Under the pieces are notes generated by a model. That model had not been told where the DNA came from, searched no databases, and saw only the letters and a list, made by a program, of their open reading frames with translations. Below are positions 1 to 9,847 of a stretch of 64,000 bases of DNA, in pieces; the first letter of the stretch is position 1, and each line of letters begins with the position of its first letter. A program made the position numbers and the translations under genes. The DNA is from a virus, in the IMG/VR virus record IMGVR_UViG_3300035698_006802, positions 34,703 through 98,702 of that record, one strand, 5' to 3'.

Positions 1-297
1 GTGCTTCTCGATTGGGTGTCACCCCATATGTCTATAGGCAATACATTCTGCCCCCAGCCCAGCTTTGGGGGCATCGTTTCCTGAAGGGGCTCATTAAGAA
101 ATGTGCCCGCGTCGAAATATCCGCTAAAACGGGGCATATCGATCCTTGGATCGAATTGGAATGTGCTCTCGTGTCGTCATGTCAAAACCTGGCTGCACGC
201 GGGTAGTGTCTTCCCCTCGGGTGTCGGTAGCTTCCCGATAGGCACCCCCTATTGCGAGTCTTCTCCACTCCCCCACCCCATCCGGATGTCTTCAATC

Positions 298-2355
298 ATG
301 CGTGAGCTGTCGATGTACCCCTCTCCCGCCGATTCTGGTGCCTACACCCCGTCCCAGGTGCCAACCCTTCCCACCAACGAGGTGGAGCAAACGCCCTTCC
401 CGAACCTGCTGAGCCAATTTGTTTACACCCGCACATACTCCCGGTGGCTGGAGGAAGATGGTCGTCGTGAGACGTGGGCTGAGACAGTCAACCGTTATGT
501 GGACTTCCTGACGACCGAGCGTGAGGTTCCAGGGCACATCACGGCACAGATCCGCAGGGCTATTTTGCGTATGAAGGTACTCCCGTCCATGCGGGCTCTC
601 TGGTCTGCCGGGGATGCCATGTTGAGGGACAACACCTGTGCGTACAATTGTGCGTTCGTGCCTCTGGATTCCCTGCGGTCCTTCGCAGAGCTGCTGTACA
701 TCCTGATGATGGGCACTGGGATTGGTTACAGCGTCGAGAAGCAGTTCGTGAACAATCTGCCCTGTGTAGCAGAGACCAACGGTGAGGTGCTGGACTACGT
801 CGTCCCGGACTCGACCGTGGGGTGGGCAGATTCTCTGTACTACGGGCTGTGCCGATGGTTTGAAGGCTACCAGATTCGGTTCGATTTCAGTCTTGTGAGA
901 GAGGCAGGTGCCCCCCTCAAGGTCAAGGGTGGGCGTGCCAGTGGTCCCGACCCTCTCCGCAGACTGTTGGAATTCTGTGAGAAGACTATCCTCGCAGCAG
1001 CAGGCAGGAAGCTTCGCCCCATCGAGGCACACGACATCGCCTGCATGATCGGTGAGATCGTCATGGCTGGTGGGGTTCGCCGTGCGGCTCTCATCTCCAT
1101 CAGTGACATCGAAGATGAGGAGATGCGTCACGCAAAGGACTGGAGCCGGGGAGAGTTCCCGACCATCCGCTACATGGCGAACAATTCAGCTTTCTACGCT
1201 GAGCGTCCTGCCCAACAAGTGTTCGAGAGTGAGTGGGATGCCCTCAAGGCGTCGATGTCTGGAGAACGGGGACTGTCGATTGACTCTTGGCATCGCAGGT
1301 CGGATAGGCCAAAAGGTCAGGTTCGACCGAATCCGTGCGGAGAGATCAGCCTGCGGTTCCTCCGGTCTACGGATGGTGTGACAGGTGAGGGCGGGTCTGG
1401 GCAATTTTGCAACCTTTCTGCAGCAATCATGCGACATGACGACACCATCGAGACCTTCTCGGAGAAGGTGCGCCTTGCTGCATGGATTGGGGCTGTCCAG
1501 TCGAGCTTCACCCACTTCCCGTACCTGAGGCCCGGATGGTCACAGACTTGCGAGGAAGACCGCCTTCTGGGCGTCGACATCACAGGGCAGTGCGACAATC
1601 CGACACTCTCTGGTGATCCCGAGGCGATGCGACACTTCAACAAGGTCGCACTGGATGCAGCAGCCGAAGCAGCGGCATACCTCCAGATCAACATGCCAGT
1701 GGCAGTCACCTGCGGGAAGCCCAGCGGCAACAGCTCCCAGCTTGTGGACTGTGCCAGCGGATTCCACAACAGGTTCTCTCCGTACTACATCCGGCGTGTT
1801 CGCATTGCGTCTACGGATCCCCTGTTCCATCTGGTTCGTGACAGTGGCATCCCTGTCCACAAGGACAACCAGTTCACCGACTGGGCGGATGAAGATTGCC
1901 CCACCTGGGTGGTGGACTTCCCCGTCAAGGCTCCCGTGGATGCAGTGTTCCGGGGCAGTGAGACTGCTCTGGATCAGTGTGATCGGTACCTCCATGTGCT
2001 GAGCACCTGGTGTGGGCGTAGAGGGCACAACCAGTCTGCCACCATCTATGTTCATGAGCATGAGTGGGATGAGGTTGGTGCTTGGGTGTGGAAGCACTTC
2101 GATGAGATCACCGGCCTGTCCTTCCTCCCGTTCGATAACGGGGGCTATGATCTCACCCCCTATGAGGAGATCACTGAGGAGGAGTATCTCGTGTTGGAGG
2201 CAGCAATGCCCAACGTGGACTTCTCGTTGCTTGCGCTCTATGAAAAAGAGGATCGGGGGGAGGGCTCCGTAGAGCTTGCATGTTCCGGTGGCGGGTGCGA
2301 AGTCGATTATGACCGGGAGTCCTTGGAGCAGGGGAAGCTGGAGCTTCCCAGCTAG
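298..2355 (+). CDS. nrdJ: Class II (B12-dependent) ribonucleotide reductase
   Basis: Motifs RTYSRW..RETW, LPSMRAL, YNCAF, NPCGE (thiyl Cys), FCNL, KPSG and C-terminal ACSGGGC. Start uncertain (ATG 286/298/313); the ORF-track start at 103 looks too long. Confidence 0.9.
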   Translation: MRELSMYPSPADSGAYTPSQVPTLPTNEVEQTPFPNLLSQFVYTRTYSRWLEEDGRRETWAETVNRYVDFLTTEREVPGHITAQIRRAILRMKVLPSMRALWSAGDAMLRDNTCAYNCAFVPLDSLRSFAELLYILMMGTGIGYSVEKQFVNNLPCVAETNGEVLDYVVPDSTVGWADSLYYGLCRWFEGYQIRFDFSLVREAGAPLKVKGGRASGPDPLRRLLEFCEKTILAAAGRKLRPIEAHDIACMIGEIVMAGGVRRAALISISDIEDEEMRHAKDWSRGEFPTIRYMANNSAFYAERPAQQVFESEWDALKASMSGERGLSIDSWHRRSDRPKGQVRPNPCGEISLRFLRSTDGVTGEGGSGQFCNLSAAIMRHDDTIETFSEKVRLAAWIGAVQSSFTHFPYLRPGWSQTCEEDRLLGVDITGQCDNPTLSGDPEAMRHFNKVALDAAAEAAAYLQINMPVAVTCGKPSGNSSQLVDCASGFHNRFSPYYIRRVRIASTDPLFHLVRDSGIPVHKDNQFTDWADEDCPTWVVDFPVKAPVDAVFRGSETALDQCDRYLHVLSTWCGRRGHNQSATIYVHEHEWDEVGAWVWKHFDEITGLSFLPFDNGGYDLTPYEEITEEEYLVLEAAMPNVDFSLLALYEKEDRGEGSVELACSGGGCEVDYDRESLEQGKLELPS

Positions 2356-2786
2356 ACGGCCCGCAGGATGTTGTGGGGGTTGGCATAGACACCCCTCGGG
2401 AAATCCGGGATGTCGGTGATGGTGACGCGCTTCTGGTTGATGCGCGTCACGCGCCCCTGGTACGAACTGCCTCGGAAGGTGAACTCGACGGTGTCCCCAG
2501 ACCGGATGCCCTTGGCAGCGAGGATCTCGCGGGGGCTCTGCAGGAAGCCGCCTGTCAGGGGGCGCTGTTGGACCACGGGGGTTGTGGAATCCGCGGGGCG
2601 GCACAGGGTAGGGGGGACGACCCACATAGTGCCCACGGGATGGGCCTTCATGGTGCCACGGGCTTCCAGCTGCTTCACCTTCAGCTTCACCCTGTTGACC
2701 TTCATGACCTCACCGAGGGTCTGTTCGCCGCGACCCTTACCAAAAAGAACCCTCTGACCGACATGGAAATCACTGATTGTGTGCAC
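2352..2786 (-). CDS. Hypothetical protein with two SH3/KOW-like repeats, putative early gene
   Basis: AAGGAG RBS before GTG. Repeats FHVGQRVLF..GEVMKVNRVKLKV and IRSGDTVEF..GRVTRINQKRVTI. Has the upstream GGTTTCAA-N13-GCGTAGTAG motif. Confidence 0.7.
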   Translation of the reverse strand: MHTISDFHVGQRVLFGKGRGEQTLGEVMKVNRVKLKVKQLEARGTMKAHPVGTMWVVPPTLCRPADSTTPVVQQRPLTGGFLQSPREILAAKGIRSGDTVEFTFRGSSYQGRVTRINQKRVTITDIPDFPRGVYANPHNILRAV

Positions 2787-2807
2787 TGTGTGCTCCTTTG
2801 TTCACCT

Positions 2808-2837
2808 CTACTACGCGGAACTCAGGAAGTTGAAACC
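2808..2837 (-). promoter_or_regulatory. Class A promoter-like motif GGTTTCAA-N13-GCGTAGTAG (copy 1)
   Basis: Same two boxes with 13-nt spacer at five loci, each about 20 nt upstream of a minus-strand start codon. Confidence 0.8.
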
Positions 2838-2983
2838 TCTTGTGGGATTTTTCTTGGCGGGGGTTCTTATCAGTAGAAAGGTGGTAGTTGGGGGTATGCA
2901 AGACTCCACAACTTGTCAGCCGGAAGACTGGTGTTCTTCCTACCGAGGCAACCTCTGTGGGAGTTTGAGGGGAGATCTGCGAA

Positions 2984-5443
2984 ATGGCTGAATATCACTC
3001 AGGCCGCGTCAACGTGGTGGTGTTTTCTAATGAGGCCCAGGATTTCTATGTCCTCCGCATGGTGTTGGATAGGAAATCCGGTGTTGAGGAGATGTTCGGA
3101 TTCGACTCAAACCGATCTTCCAAGATTGTGTCGGTTCGGGGGAATGTCCCTGGCATGTCTCTGCAGATTGGTTCATGGTTCGGATTTGAGGGCCGCTGGG
3201 AAGAGCACAGCAAGTACGGCAGCCAGCTCGTGATCACGAAGGCCCCTGTGGTGAAAGGGGGTTGGACACCTGATACAGCCATGTCGACTCTGGCATCCCA
3301 CGGTGTGGGGGAGCAGGTGTGCCAACGCCTGCTGGCAGAGTTTGGTGACAAGCTCGTGGACGTTCTGGATGCAGGAGACCCCCTTCCACTTCAGGTCGTC
3401 CCAGGGCTCACACCCTTTGCGGCTGCCCACGTCATGGATCGCTGGGCAACCATCATTGCGTACTTCAAGACCTTGGAGTTCCTGTCGGATGCAGGTGTGC
3501 CGAAGACAAAGGTCAGTCAGGTGTGGTCGCATTTCAAGGAGGATGCACAGGAGGTTCTGTCCAAGAATCCCTGGGCTCTCGTTGAGATCGAGGGCATCCG
3601 ATTCGATCAGGCAGATGAGGTTGCACTAAAGCTCGGTCTTGATCTGGAGAGTCCACTCCGGGTGGAAGGGGCAACCCTCTTTGCATCCAAGGGCAGGAGG
3701 GGGATGGGACACCTGTTCCTGTCGTCTGGGGAGATGGTAGCCGAGACACAGAATCTTGTGCCCGGTACGAGTGGTCCGGAAATCGCCCAGGCCCTTGTGA
3801 CATTGCACAAGAGAAAGAAGCTCATCATCGACAGGAGCACTCGGAAGGGGACAGTTGCAATCTATGAGCCCTGGCTCCATCACGTTGAGCTGGAGGGTGC
3901 TGCCCTCTTGCATGAGCGGACACAGTCTGCGGATCCTGATGCACCGGCCCCAGTGAGAGCACCCGTGGGTGACAGTGATGGGCTGGCTAACTACCTGAGG
4001 GATATCTCGGTCAAACCCTACACCGAGAGCCTGTCAAGGCTGGGTCCGAAGGCAACTGCTGCATTCGAGAAGGATCCCAAGGATCTGGAGAGCATTGCTC
4101 GTGCAGCACTGGTGGATTGGAGTGAAGGCAGTCGCATCACCCTGACAGCAGCCCAACTCAAGGGTGCTCTCAACGCCCTGACCACTGCTGTGAGCATCCT
4201 TACCGGACTTCCGGGCACGGGTAAGACCACAAGCTGTCGAGCCGTTGTGGGCGTTCTGAAGGATGCAGGCATCCCCTTTTTGCTCTGTGCTCCGACAGGG
4301 ATTGCTGCAAAACGCCTATCAGCTCTGGCAGGGGCCCCGGCTTCCACCATCCACAGGGCATTCAAGGCGAAAGGGTGGGGCAGCGGGGAGGAGCGCAAGG
4401 CAACCTATGCTGGAGTGGTGGGTGAATCGAAGGACCCATCAGCTGCGGACGGTCTACAGGAGGCATGGGGCTACAGCCAGGACAACCCACACCCTGCACG
4501 GGTCGTTCTGGTGGATGAGTCCTCGATGGTGGATCAGCACCTGCTGTTCCGTATCCTGACCTGCACGTCCCCTGGAACCCGATTGGTGTTCGTGGGGGAT
4601 GCAGCACAGCTCCCCTCGGTGGGTCCTGGGAATGTCCTGCGGGATATGGTGCGGTCGAAGCTGTTCCCCACCGTGGCTCTGACAGAGATCTTCAGGCAGG
4701 AGGAAACCTCTGGCATCGTGCTGGCTGCACATGCCATTCATCGTGGGGACATCCCAACCTACGGTTCTGGCAAGGGCTCTGACTTTGTGTTCCTGCCCTC
4801 TGCATCTGAGGACGGGATTCTCAAGCTCATCCTGGGGCTTGTCGGGAAGCTGTACGCAAAGAAGGTGAACTTCCAGGTGCTGTCTCCACGACATGCAGGA
4901 ACACTTGGTGTGACGAATCTGAACCAGAGGCTTCGTGAAATCCTCAACCCAAAGGCCCCTGGTCTACAGGAAATGCGGTTGGGTCGTGAAGTGGTGCGTG
5001 AACATGACCGGGTCATGGTCGTGAAAAACGATTACAAGTTGGGCGTCTACAATGGGGATACCGGCAAGGTGATTCGCATTGATCGAAAGGCCCGCACGGT
5101 TGTGGTCAAGCTCCACGGGGTTCCCGAGGTACAAGTTTCGATTCCATTCAAGGATGCACCGAAGTACCTCCGGTTGGCGTATGCCATCACGATTCACAAG
5201 AGCCAGGGATCCGAGTACGGCATGATCATCCTCCCCTTGGTAAAGGAGTTTGGGGGTCAGCTTCAAAGGAACCTATTCTACACAGCGATCACACGGGCAA
5301 AGGATCGCGTCGTCCTAATGGGACACCGGGACGCCATGGTGAAAGCGGTGTTCAACAACAGGGAGGACGTGAGAAACACGTTGTTCCCAGAACGGCTTAT
5401 CCAAGCTGCAGGTGGGGGGTCTTCTCCCAGTGCTGTGGGGTAG
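2984..5443 (+). CDS. recD2: RecD2/TraA-like SF1B helicase
   Basis: N-terminal OB-like region and HhH (NPWALVEIEGIRF), Walker A GLPGTGKTT, VDESSM, GDAAQLPSVGPG, AYAITIHKSQGSE, YTAITRA. Confidence 0.93.
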   Translation: MAEYHSGRVNVVVFSNEAQDFYVLRMVLDRKSGVEEMFGFDSNRSSKIVSVRGNVPGMSLQIGSWFGFEGRWEEHSKYGSQLVITKAPVVKGGWTPDTAMSTLASHGVGEQVCQRLLAEFGDKLVDVLDAGDPLPLQVVPGLTPFAAAHVMDRWATIIAYFKTLEFLSDAGVPKTKVSQVWSHFKEDAQEVLSKNPWALVEIEGIRFDQADEVALKLGLDLESPLRVEGATLFASKGRRGMGHLFLSSGEMVAETQNLVPGTSGPEIAQALVTLHKRKKLIIDRSTRKGTVAIYEPWLHHVELEGAALLHERTQSADPDAPAPVRAPVGDSDGLANYLRDISVKPYTESLSRLGPKATAAFEKDPKDLESIARAALVDWSEGSRITLTAAQLKGALNALTTAVSILTGLPGTGKTTSCRAVVGVLKDAGIPFLLCAPTGIAAKRLSALAGAPASTIHRAFKAKGWGSGEERKATYAGVVGESKDPSAADGLQEAWGYSQDNPHPARVVLVDESSMVDQHLLFRILTCTSPGTRLVFVGDAAQLPSVGPGNVLRDMVRSKLFPTVALTEIFRQEETSGIVLAAHAIHRGDIPTYGSGKGSDFVFLPSASEDGILKLILGLVGKLYAKKVNFQVLSPRHAGTLGVTNLNQRLREILNPKAPGLQEMRLGREVVREHDRVMVVKNDYKLGVYNGDTGKVIRIDRKARTVVVKLHGVPEVQVSIPFKDAPKYLRLAYAITIHKSQGSEYGMIILPLVKEFGGQLQRNLFYTAITRAKDRVVLMGHRDAMVKAVFNNREDVRNTLFPERLIQAAGGGSSPSAVG

Positions 5444-5449
5444 GTTGGT

Positions 5450-7066
5450 ATGAATTCGGGGGTTGGTGTGGTCGAGCTGCCTATTGTCAATCAGGATCTG
5501 TTTCGTTCGATCTTCAAGCGGTTGGAGGGTATGGAGGTTCTTCTCGATGCAGATCCTCTCGTGTTTGGCCCTAAGCGGCTGAACCTGAAGGTCAGCCAGG
5601 TGCGGAGTCTGTTGAGCCAGTGTGAGCGGATCTTCCTGCAGGTGGCGAGTGATCTGCATGAGTACAAACATGCTCATCGCAAGGGTCAGCTGACATTTGA
5701 CCTGGAGATGCAAGACCTCCTGGCAAACGACCCCGAGGTGCGTGCTGGTCGCAATGTGAAGGACCGTGATGCCCTGGGCACGATGAAGCTGCGGGCGGGT
5801 CGTGAAGCACTGATGACATTGGAGATTGCCATTCAAGATCTTGAGATGGTCCAGACCGTCATCAAGGCGAAGCGGGCTGATCTCCGCGACATGCAGGGGC
5901 GTCTACGGGACCAGCTCAAGCTCTGTGAACATGAGATCGGTCTGGGTGCTCCGTGGGGTTCACGTGCTCCTCCAGGGGTGGAGTATCCGGACATCGACAA
6001 TGCTCCTCGGATTGACCCCCAGGCGTTGAAGGAAGCACAAGACCTCCTTCTTGAGAAGGAGGAGGTGCACCTAGTCGCCGGGGATGTGGACTGGATGGAG
6101 GAATCCCCCCTAGAATCACTGGAGAAGGTCGGGTACTGCGCAGTCTGTGGGGAAGAGCAGTACAACACCCCCTCGGGTTCGACCTGCAAAAACGGGCATG
6201 GTGGGGCACTCACCCTGTCCGAATTCCCTGGAGGAGACGAAGAACCAGAACCCGATGAAGACACAGATGAAGTGGATGTCGCTCTTGGCTCAATCGATTC
6301 CCCAGAGGGTATCGAGGGCTCTGCATCCCGTGGACGTGTGAGCGAACCCGAATCAGAGCCCGAACCCGAACCCGAACCCGAATCAGAGCCCGAACCCGAA
6401 CCCGAACCCGAACCCGAACTGAATGGCACCGAAGAATTGGATTCCCTGTTCGACGCTCTGGGTGCATCGGATCCGGATCCCGAACCGGATCCCGAACCGG
6501 ATCCCGAACCGGATCCCGAACCGGATCCCGAACCGGATCCCGAACCGGATCCCGAACCGGATCCCGAACCCGAGCCAGAGACTGTTGACCCGTCTGACAT
6601 CTCAATTGACGACCTGCTTGAGACGTTCGGAGGTCCCGACCCCGACCCCACACCCAAGAGAGAGATCGAGGACCTGGGTGATGTCGAGCTAGAGCCAGAA
6701 GTTGCCACCCGTGTGGAGGCGACCATTGAGCAGGCTGAGGCAGACATCGCAGAACCTGAACCAACCCCGGAACCTGAACCGGAACCAACCCCGGAACCCG
6801 AACCGGAGCCCACTCCTGAGCCAGAACCCGAACCAGAACCCGAGTTGGACATTGGGGACCTGTTCGAGGATAGTGAGTTGGGTGAAGTTGATCAGGATGC
6901 AGACTCGATCGACGCAATGCCTGCAGTGACATCGGACGAAGAAGTAGATGACATCTTCGCCCGGTTGGATGCAGGTCCCCTTCCCAAACCTAAGGCAAAG
7001 TCCCTTCCGGAAGCAGAGCTTAGAGGGGAAGACCTAGAGGACATCTTTAATTTCTTGGCCTCCTGA
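5450..7066 (+). CDS. Coiled-coil protein (possibly UvsY-like mediator) with Zn ribbon and long acidic Pro-rich tail
   Basis: Helical N-terminus, CAVC..CKNGH, EP/DP repeats; lies between helicase and SSB. Confidence 0.55.
   Translation: MNSGVGVVELPIVNQDLFRSIFKRLEGMEVLLDADPLVFGPKRLNLKVSQVRSLLSQCERIFLQVASDLHEYKHAHRKGQLTFDLEMQDLLANDPEVRAGRNVKDRDALGTMKLRAGREALMTLEIAIQDLEMVQTVIKAKRADLRDMQGRLRDQLKLCEHEIGLGAPWGSRAPPGVEYPDIDNAPRIDPQALKEAQDLLLEKEEVHLVAGDVDWMEESPLESLEKVGYCAVCGEEQYNTPSGSTCKNGHGGALTLSEFPGGDEEPEPDEDTDEVDVALGSIDSPEGIEGSASRGRVSEPESEPEPEPEPESEPEPEPEPEPELNGTEELDSLFDALGASDPDPEPDPEPDPEPDPEPDPEPDPEPDPEPDPEPEPETVDPSDISIDDLLETFGGPDPDPTPKREIEDLGDVELEPEVATRVEATIEQAEADIAEPEPTPEPEPEPTPEPEPEPTPEPEPEPEPELDIGDLFEDSELGEVDQDADSIDAMPAVTSDEEVDDIFARLDAGPLPKPKAKSLPEAELRGEDLEDIFNFLAS
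6343..6420 (+). repeat. GAACCC-based tandem repeat encoding (EP)n
   Basis: Visible directly in the sequence. Confidence 0.9.
6473..6568 (+). repeat. 8 perfect copies of the 12-mer CCGGATCCCGAA encoding (PDPE)8
   Basis: Counted directly. Confidence 0.95.
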
Positions 7067-7159
7067 TTCTGGGGGGTTCGTTTGTGAAACCTGGGGGTAC
7101 GTCCCCATAGCGGCACCTGTCGACATCCACATGACTTTTTGTGCCGCTCGGAGAATGCG

Positions 7160-7873
7160 ATGAGTAACGATGGCTACATGGAGTTTGGCTTTGACTCCGG
7201 TGACGAGAACATTGGCAAGAAGGCAAAGCGTTTCAAGGGCAAGGAGGGTGAGACCTACCGCACCAGCTTCGTCTGGACCCGGAAGAACAAGGACGGCGAC
7301 AAGGTTGTCCGGTTCCTCGGGTGCGAGCGCAACTACCTCGCGGGTGTGGGCTACTTCCTGAACAAGGGTGCCGAGTACAGCCGTCTGGCTGGACAGCCCG
7401 CCAAGCAGGCTGTGTCAACCATCATCGTCTCCTGGCCGATGAACTCCCGTGGAAGGCTCGATGCAGAGCGCTTCAAGAAGGGAGAGGGTTGGGAAGTGAT
7501 GCCCTGGGTCTTCTCCGCAACGCGGTACGACCAGCTTCGCCGTCGCAACGATCAGTTCCCCCTGACCGAGTTCGACCTGTCCATCAAGTGCGAAGACACG
7601 CAGTACCAGAAGATGGATCTCTCCGCCTGCAAGGAGAGCCTGTTCCTGCGCCTCCGCAAGTCGGAGAAGGACAACATTCGTGCCATGGTCGATGCCATCA
7701 ATCTGGAAGTCGAGGAGCTGGCCAAGACGCTTCAGAATGACATGGCCCGTGACATGACTCTCGATCAGATTCGTGAGAAGATGGGCGGTGCTGGTGGCAG
7801 TCCCGTGACTTCGTCCGGGTCGGTGGAAGACGTAGACGGTCTCCTCGATGATCTGCTTGAGGATGAGGACTAG
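7160..7873 (+). CDS. Single-stranded DNA-binding protein (gp32-like)
   Basis: Aromatic-rich OB-like core, acidic tail DVDGLLDDLLEDED, located before ruvC-recA. Confidence 0.6.
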   Translation: MSNDGYMEFGFDSGDENIGKKAKRFKGKEGETYRTSFVWTRKNKDGDKVVRFLGCERNYLAGVGYFLNKGAEYSRLAGQPAKQAVSTIIVSWPMNSRGRLDAERFKKGEGWEVMPWVFSATRYDQLRRRNDQFPLTEFDLSIKCEDTQYQKMDLSACKESLFLRLRKSEKDNIRAMVDAINLEVEELAKTLQNDMARDMTLDQIREKMGGAGGSPVTSSGSVEDVDGLLDDLLEDED

Positions 7874-7874
7874 A

Positions 7875-7894
7875 CATCCCCAGTGACGGGGGTG
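7875..7894 (+). terminator. Short GC hairpin after SSB
   Basis: catcccc-agtgac-gggggtg; poor U tract. Confidence 0.3.
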
Positions 7895-7898
7895 GTTA

Positions 7899-8534
7899 GT
7901 GAGAGTTTTGGGCCTCGATCCCAGCCTGACGAATTTCGGTTGGGCAGTTCATGACACCGATGCGACGGGAAGGGACCGTTGCCCCGCAAGGGGCAGATAC
8001 CAGACCGCCGCAAAGATGGGCTTTGTAGACCGGTACGTCTACATGCGGGAGTCTCTACGAGAGACCATCCGTGAGACAAAACCGGACTGCATGGGGATCG
8101 AGTTCCCTGTGTTCGGGAACAACTACTCAGAAGGTATGTACGGGCTGTTCCTGTACAGCTGTGAGGCAATCAAGTTGGAGAGGCAGAACGTTGTGTTCTG
8201 GTCCCCTCTCCAAGTAAAAGCCCACGCCAGAGACACCCTGACCCTTCCTCCAGGGTGGAAGATGGCAAAGACCAATATGGTGGATGCAGCCAAGGCAGAC
8301 ACCGGTGGCACAGGTAGGTGGAACCACAACGAGGCAGACGCCTACCTTGTCGCCCGACTAGCAGCACGTTTCTGGCTCCTGCACGGGGATGCCATTCGAG
8401 AGCGGGACTTGACCCCCACAGAGCGCAAGGCTTTCCTGAAAATCCATAGGTACATCCGTGGAAAGAAGGCAGGGAGGGTTGTGAAGCAGGGGTCCATGTA
8501 CCGCGAAAATGACCGTTTTTTCCTTTGGAAGTGA
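7899..8534 (+). CDS. ruvC: RuvC-like Holliday junction resolvase
   Basis: RVLGLDPSLTNFG, IE, K..M and NEADAY in the RNase H-fold catalytic pattern. Confidence 0.85.
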   Translation: MRVLGLDPSLTNFGWAVHDTDATGRDRCPARGRYQTAAKMGFVDRYVYMRESLRETIRETKPDCMGIEFPVFGNNYSEGMYGLFLYSCEAIKLERQNVVFWSPLQVKAHARDTLTLPPGWKMAKTNMVDAAKADTGGTGRWNHNEADAYLVARLAARFWLLHGDAIRERDLTPTERKAFLKIHRYIRGKKAGRVVKQGSMYRENDRFFLWK

Positions 8535-8539
8535 GACCT

Positions 8540-9838
8540 ATGCCCAGAAAGAAGACACCCGCAGCAACAGCCTCAGTCAGAAAGAAGACAGCCGGGAAGA
8601 AGGATTCAAAGGCTGATGCCCTCCGCAAAGCGAGGATGAAGCTGTTCCTCACGTCGGGTGAGAAGGCATTGGGTAAGTCCTCACGAGAGTGGCAGGTCCT
8701 CCTGGATCCGGATCAGCTCAAGGAATCGCTGCCCCACATCCCCACAGGCTCCCTGGTCATCGACTACCTCATTGGCGGTGAGCCCAACATGCATGGTGTG
8801 CCTCCGTGCCCTGGTCTCCCAAGGGGTCGTGTATCCCAGGTCTGGGGGCATGAGAGTGCAGGCAAGACGACTCTTGCCCTGACGGCAGCAGCTACGGTCT
8901 GCAAGCGGAATGGTTCTGTTCTCTACATCGACTGGGAGAACGACATTGTCCCTGACTATGCAGAGGCACTGGGTGTGCCCGTCTCTGATCCCGAGCGGTT
9001 CATCCTGGCACAGCCTGACACCCTGGAAGATGGGCTCAAGCTGGCTATGGTGGCTGCCGCCGCCGGTCTTGACCTGATCGTGTTCGACTCTGTAGGTGCA
9101 GCAGTGACTGCCCGCATTGCGACCCGAGGCATGGAGGAAGTGGGTGAGCAGTCGAAGGTGGGCGATCTGCAGGCAGTGTGGTCACAGGAGCTGCCCAACC
9201 TGAAAGGCAAGATCGCCAAGAGCGGTACACACGTCATGGGCATCTCCCAGATCCGAGCCAAGATCAGCACAGGTGGTGGTGGTCATGGCCCCAAGACGCA
9301 GCCCCAGGGTGGCAATGCCTGGAAGTTCTACTCCTCGGTGCGCCTGGAGCTTCGCAGGATCAAGATGGAGAAGAGCAAGGAGTACAACACCCTGAAGCAC
9401 CGGTCAGATGACCGTGTCACTGGTGGAATCATCAACTGCAAGGTGGTCAAGTGCAAGCTCTCCAAGAGCCAGGGTCGTGAGGAGACGTTCTACATTCGAT
9501 GGGGAGAGGGGATCGATGACATCCGCTCTGTCATGGAGATCGGAAAGGCACATGGTGTCATCAAAAAGAGTGGTGCATGGCTTCAGTGGGAGGGTCCCGG
9601 TGGTCTGTCGCTCAACCAGAATGGCACCAATTCTGCCCGCAAGTACCTGAAGGAGAACAAGGAAGTGTTCCAGGCGCTCTACAACGCAGTAATCCCGTTC
9701 CTCGGAAGCCGTCAGGTGGCTGAGGAGGAGCTGGAAGACCTTGAGGGGCTCGTGGAGATGCTTGCATCGGAGGCAGACGAGTTGCAGGACGGCCCTGACC
9801 TGTCTGAAGTGGAAGTGGAAGTGGAAGTGAAGGCCTAG
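8540..9838 (+). CDS. recA: RecA recombinase
   Basis: IPTGSLVID, GLPRGR, GHESAGKTT, QPDTLE, IVFDSV, QIR, GGNAWKFYSSVRL, KKSGAW. Confidence 0.95.
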   Translation: MPRKKTPAATASVRKKTAGKKDSKADALRKARMKLFLTSGEKALGKSSREWQVLLDPDQLKESLPHIPTGSLVIDYLIGGEPNMHGVPPCPGLPRGRVSQVWGHESAGKTTLALTAAATVCKRNGSVLYIDWENDIVPDYAEALGVPVSDPERFILAQPDTLEDGLKLAMVAAAAGLDLIVFDSVGAAVTARIATRGMEEVGEQSKVGDLQAVWSQELPNLKGKIAKSGTHVMGISQIRAKISTGGGGHGPKTQPQGGNAWKFYSSVRLELRRIKMEKSKEYNTLKHRSDDRVTGGIINCKVVKCKLSKSQGREETFYIRWGEGIDDIRSVMEIGKAHGVIKKSGAWLQWEGPGGLSLNQNGTNSARKYLKENKEVFQALYNAVIPFLGSRQVAEEELEDLEGLVEMLASEADELQDGPDLSEVEVEVEVKA

Positions 9839-9847
9839 GGGGCAGAG

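Noticed and set aside
6343-6842. Tandem repeats as a CRISPR array
   Set aside because: Short 6-24 nt in-frame units with no unique spacers; they encode EP/DP tracts
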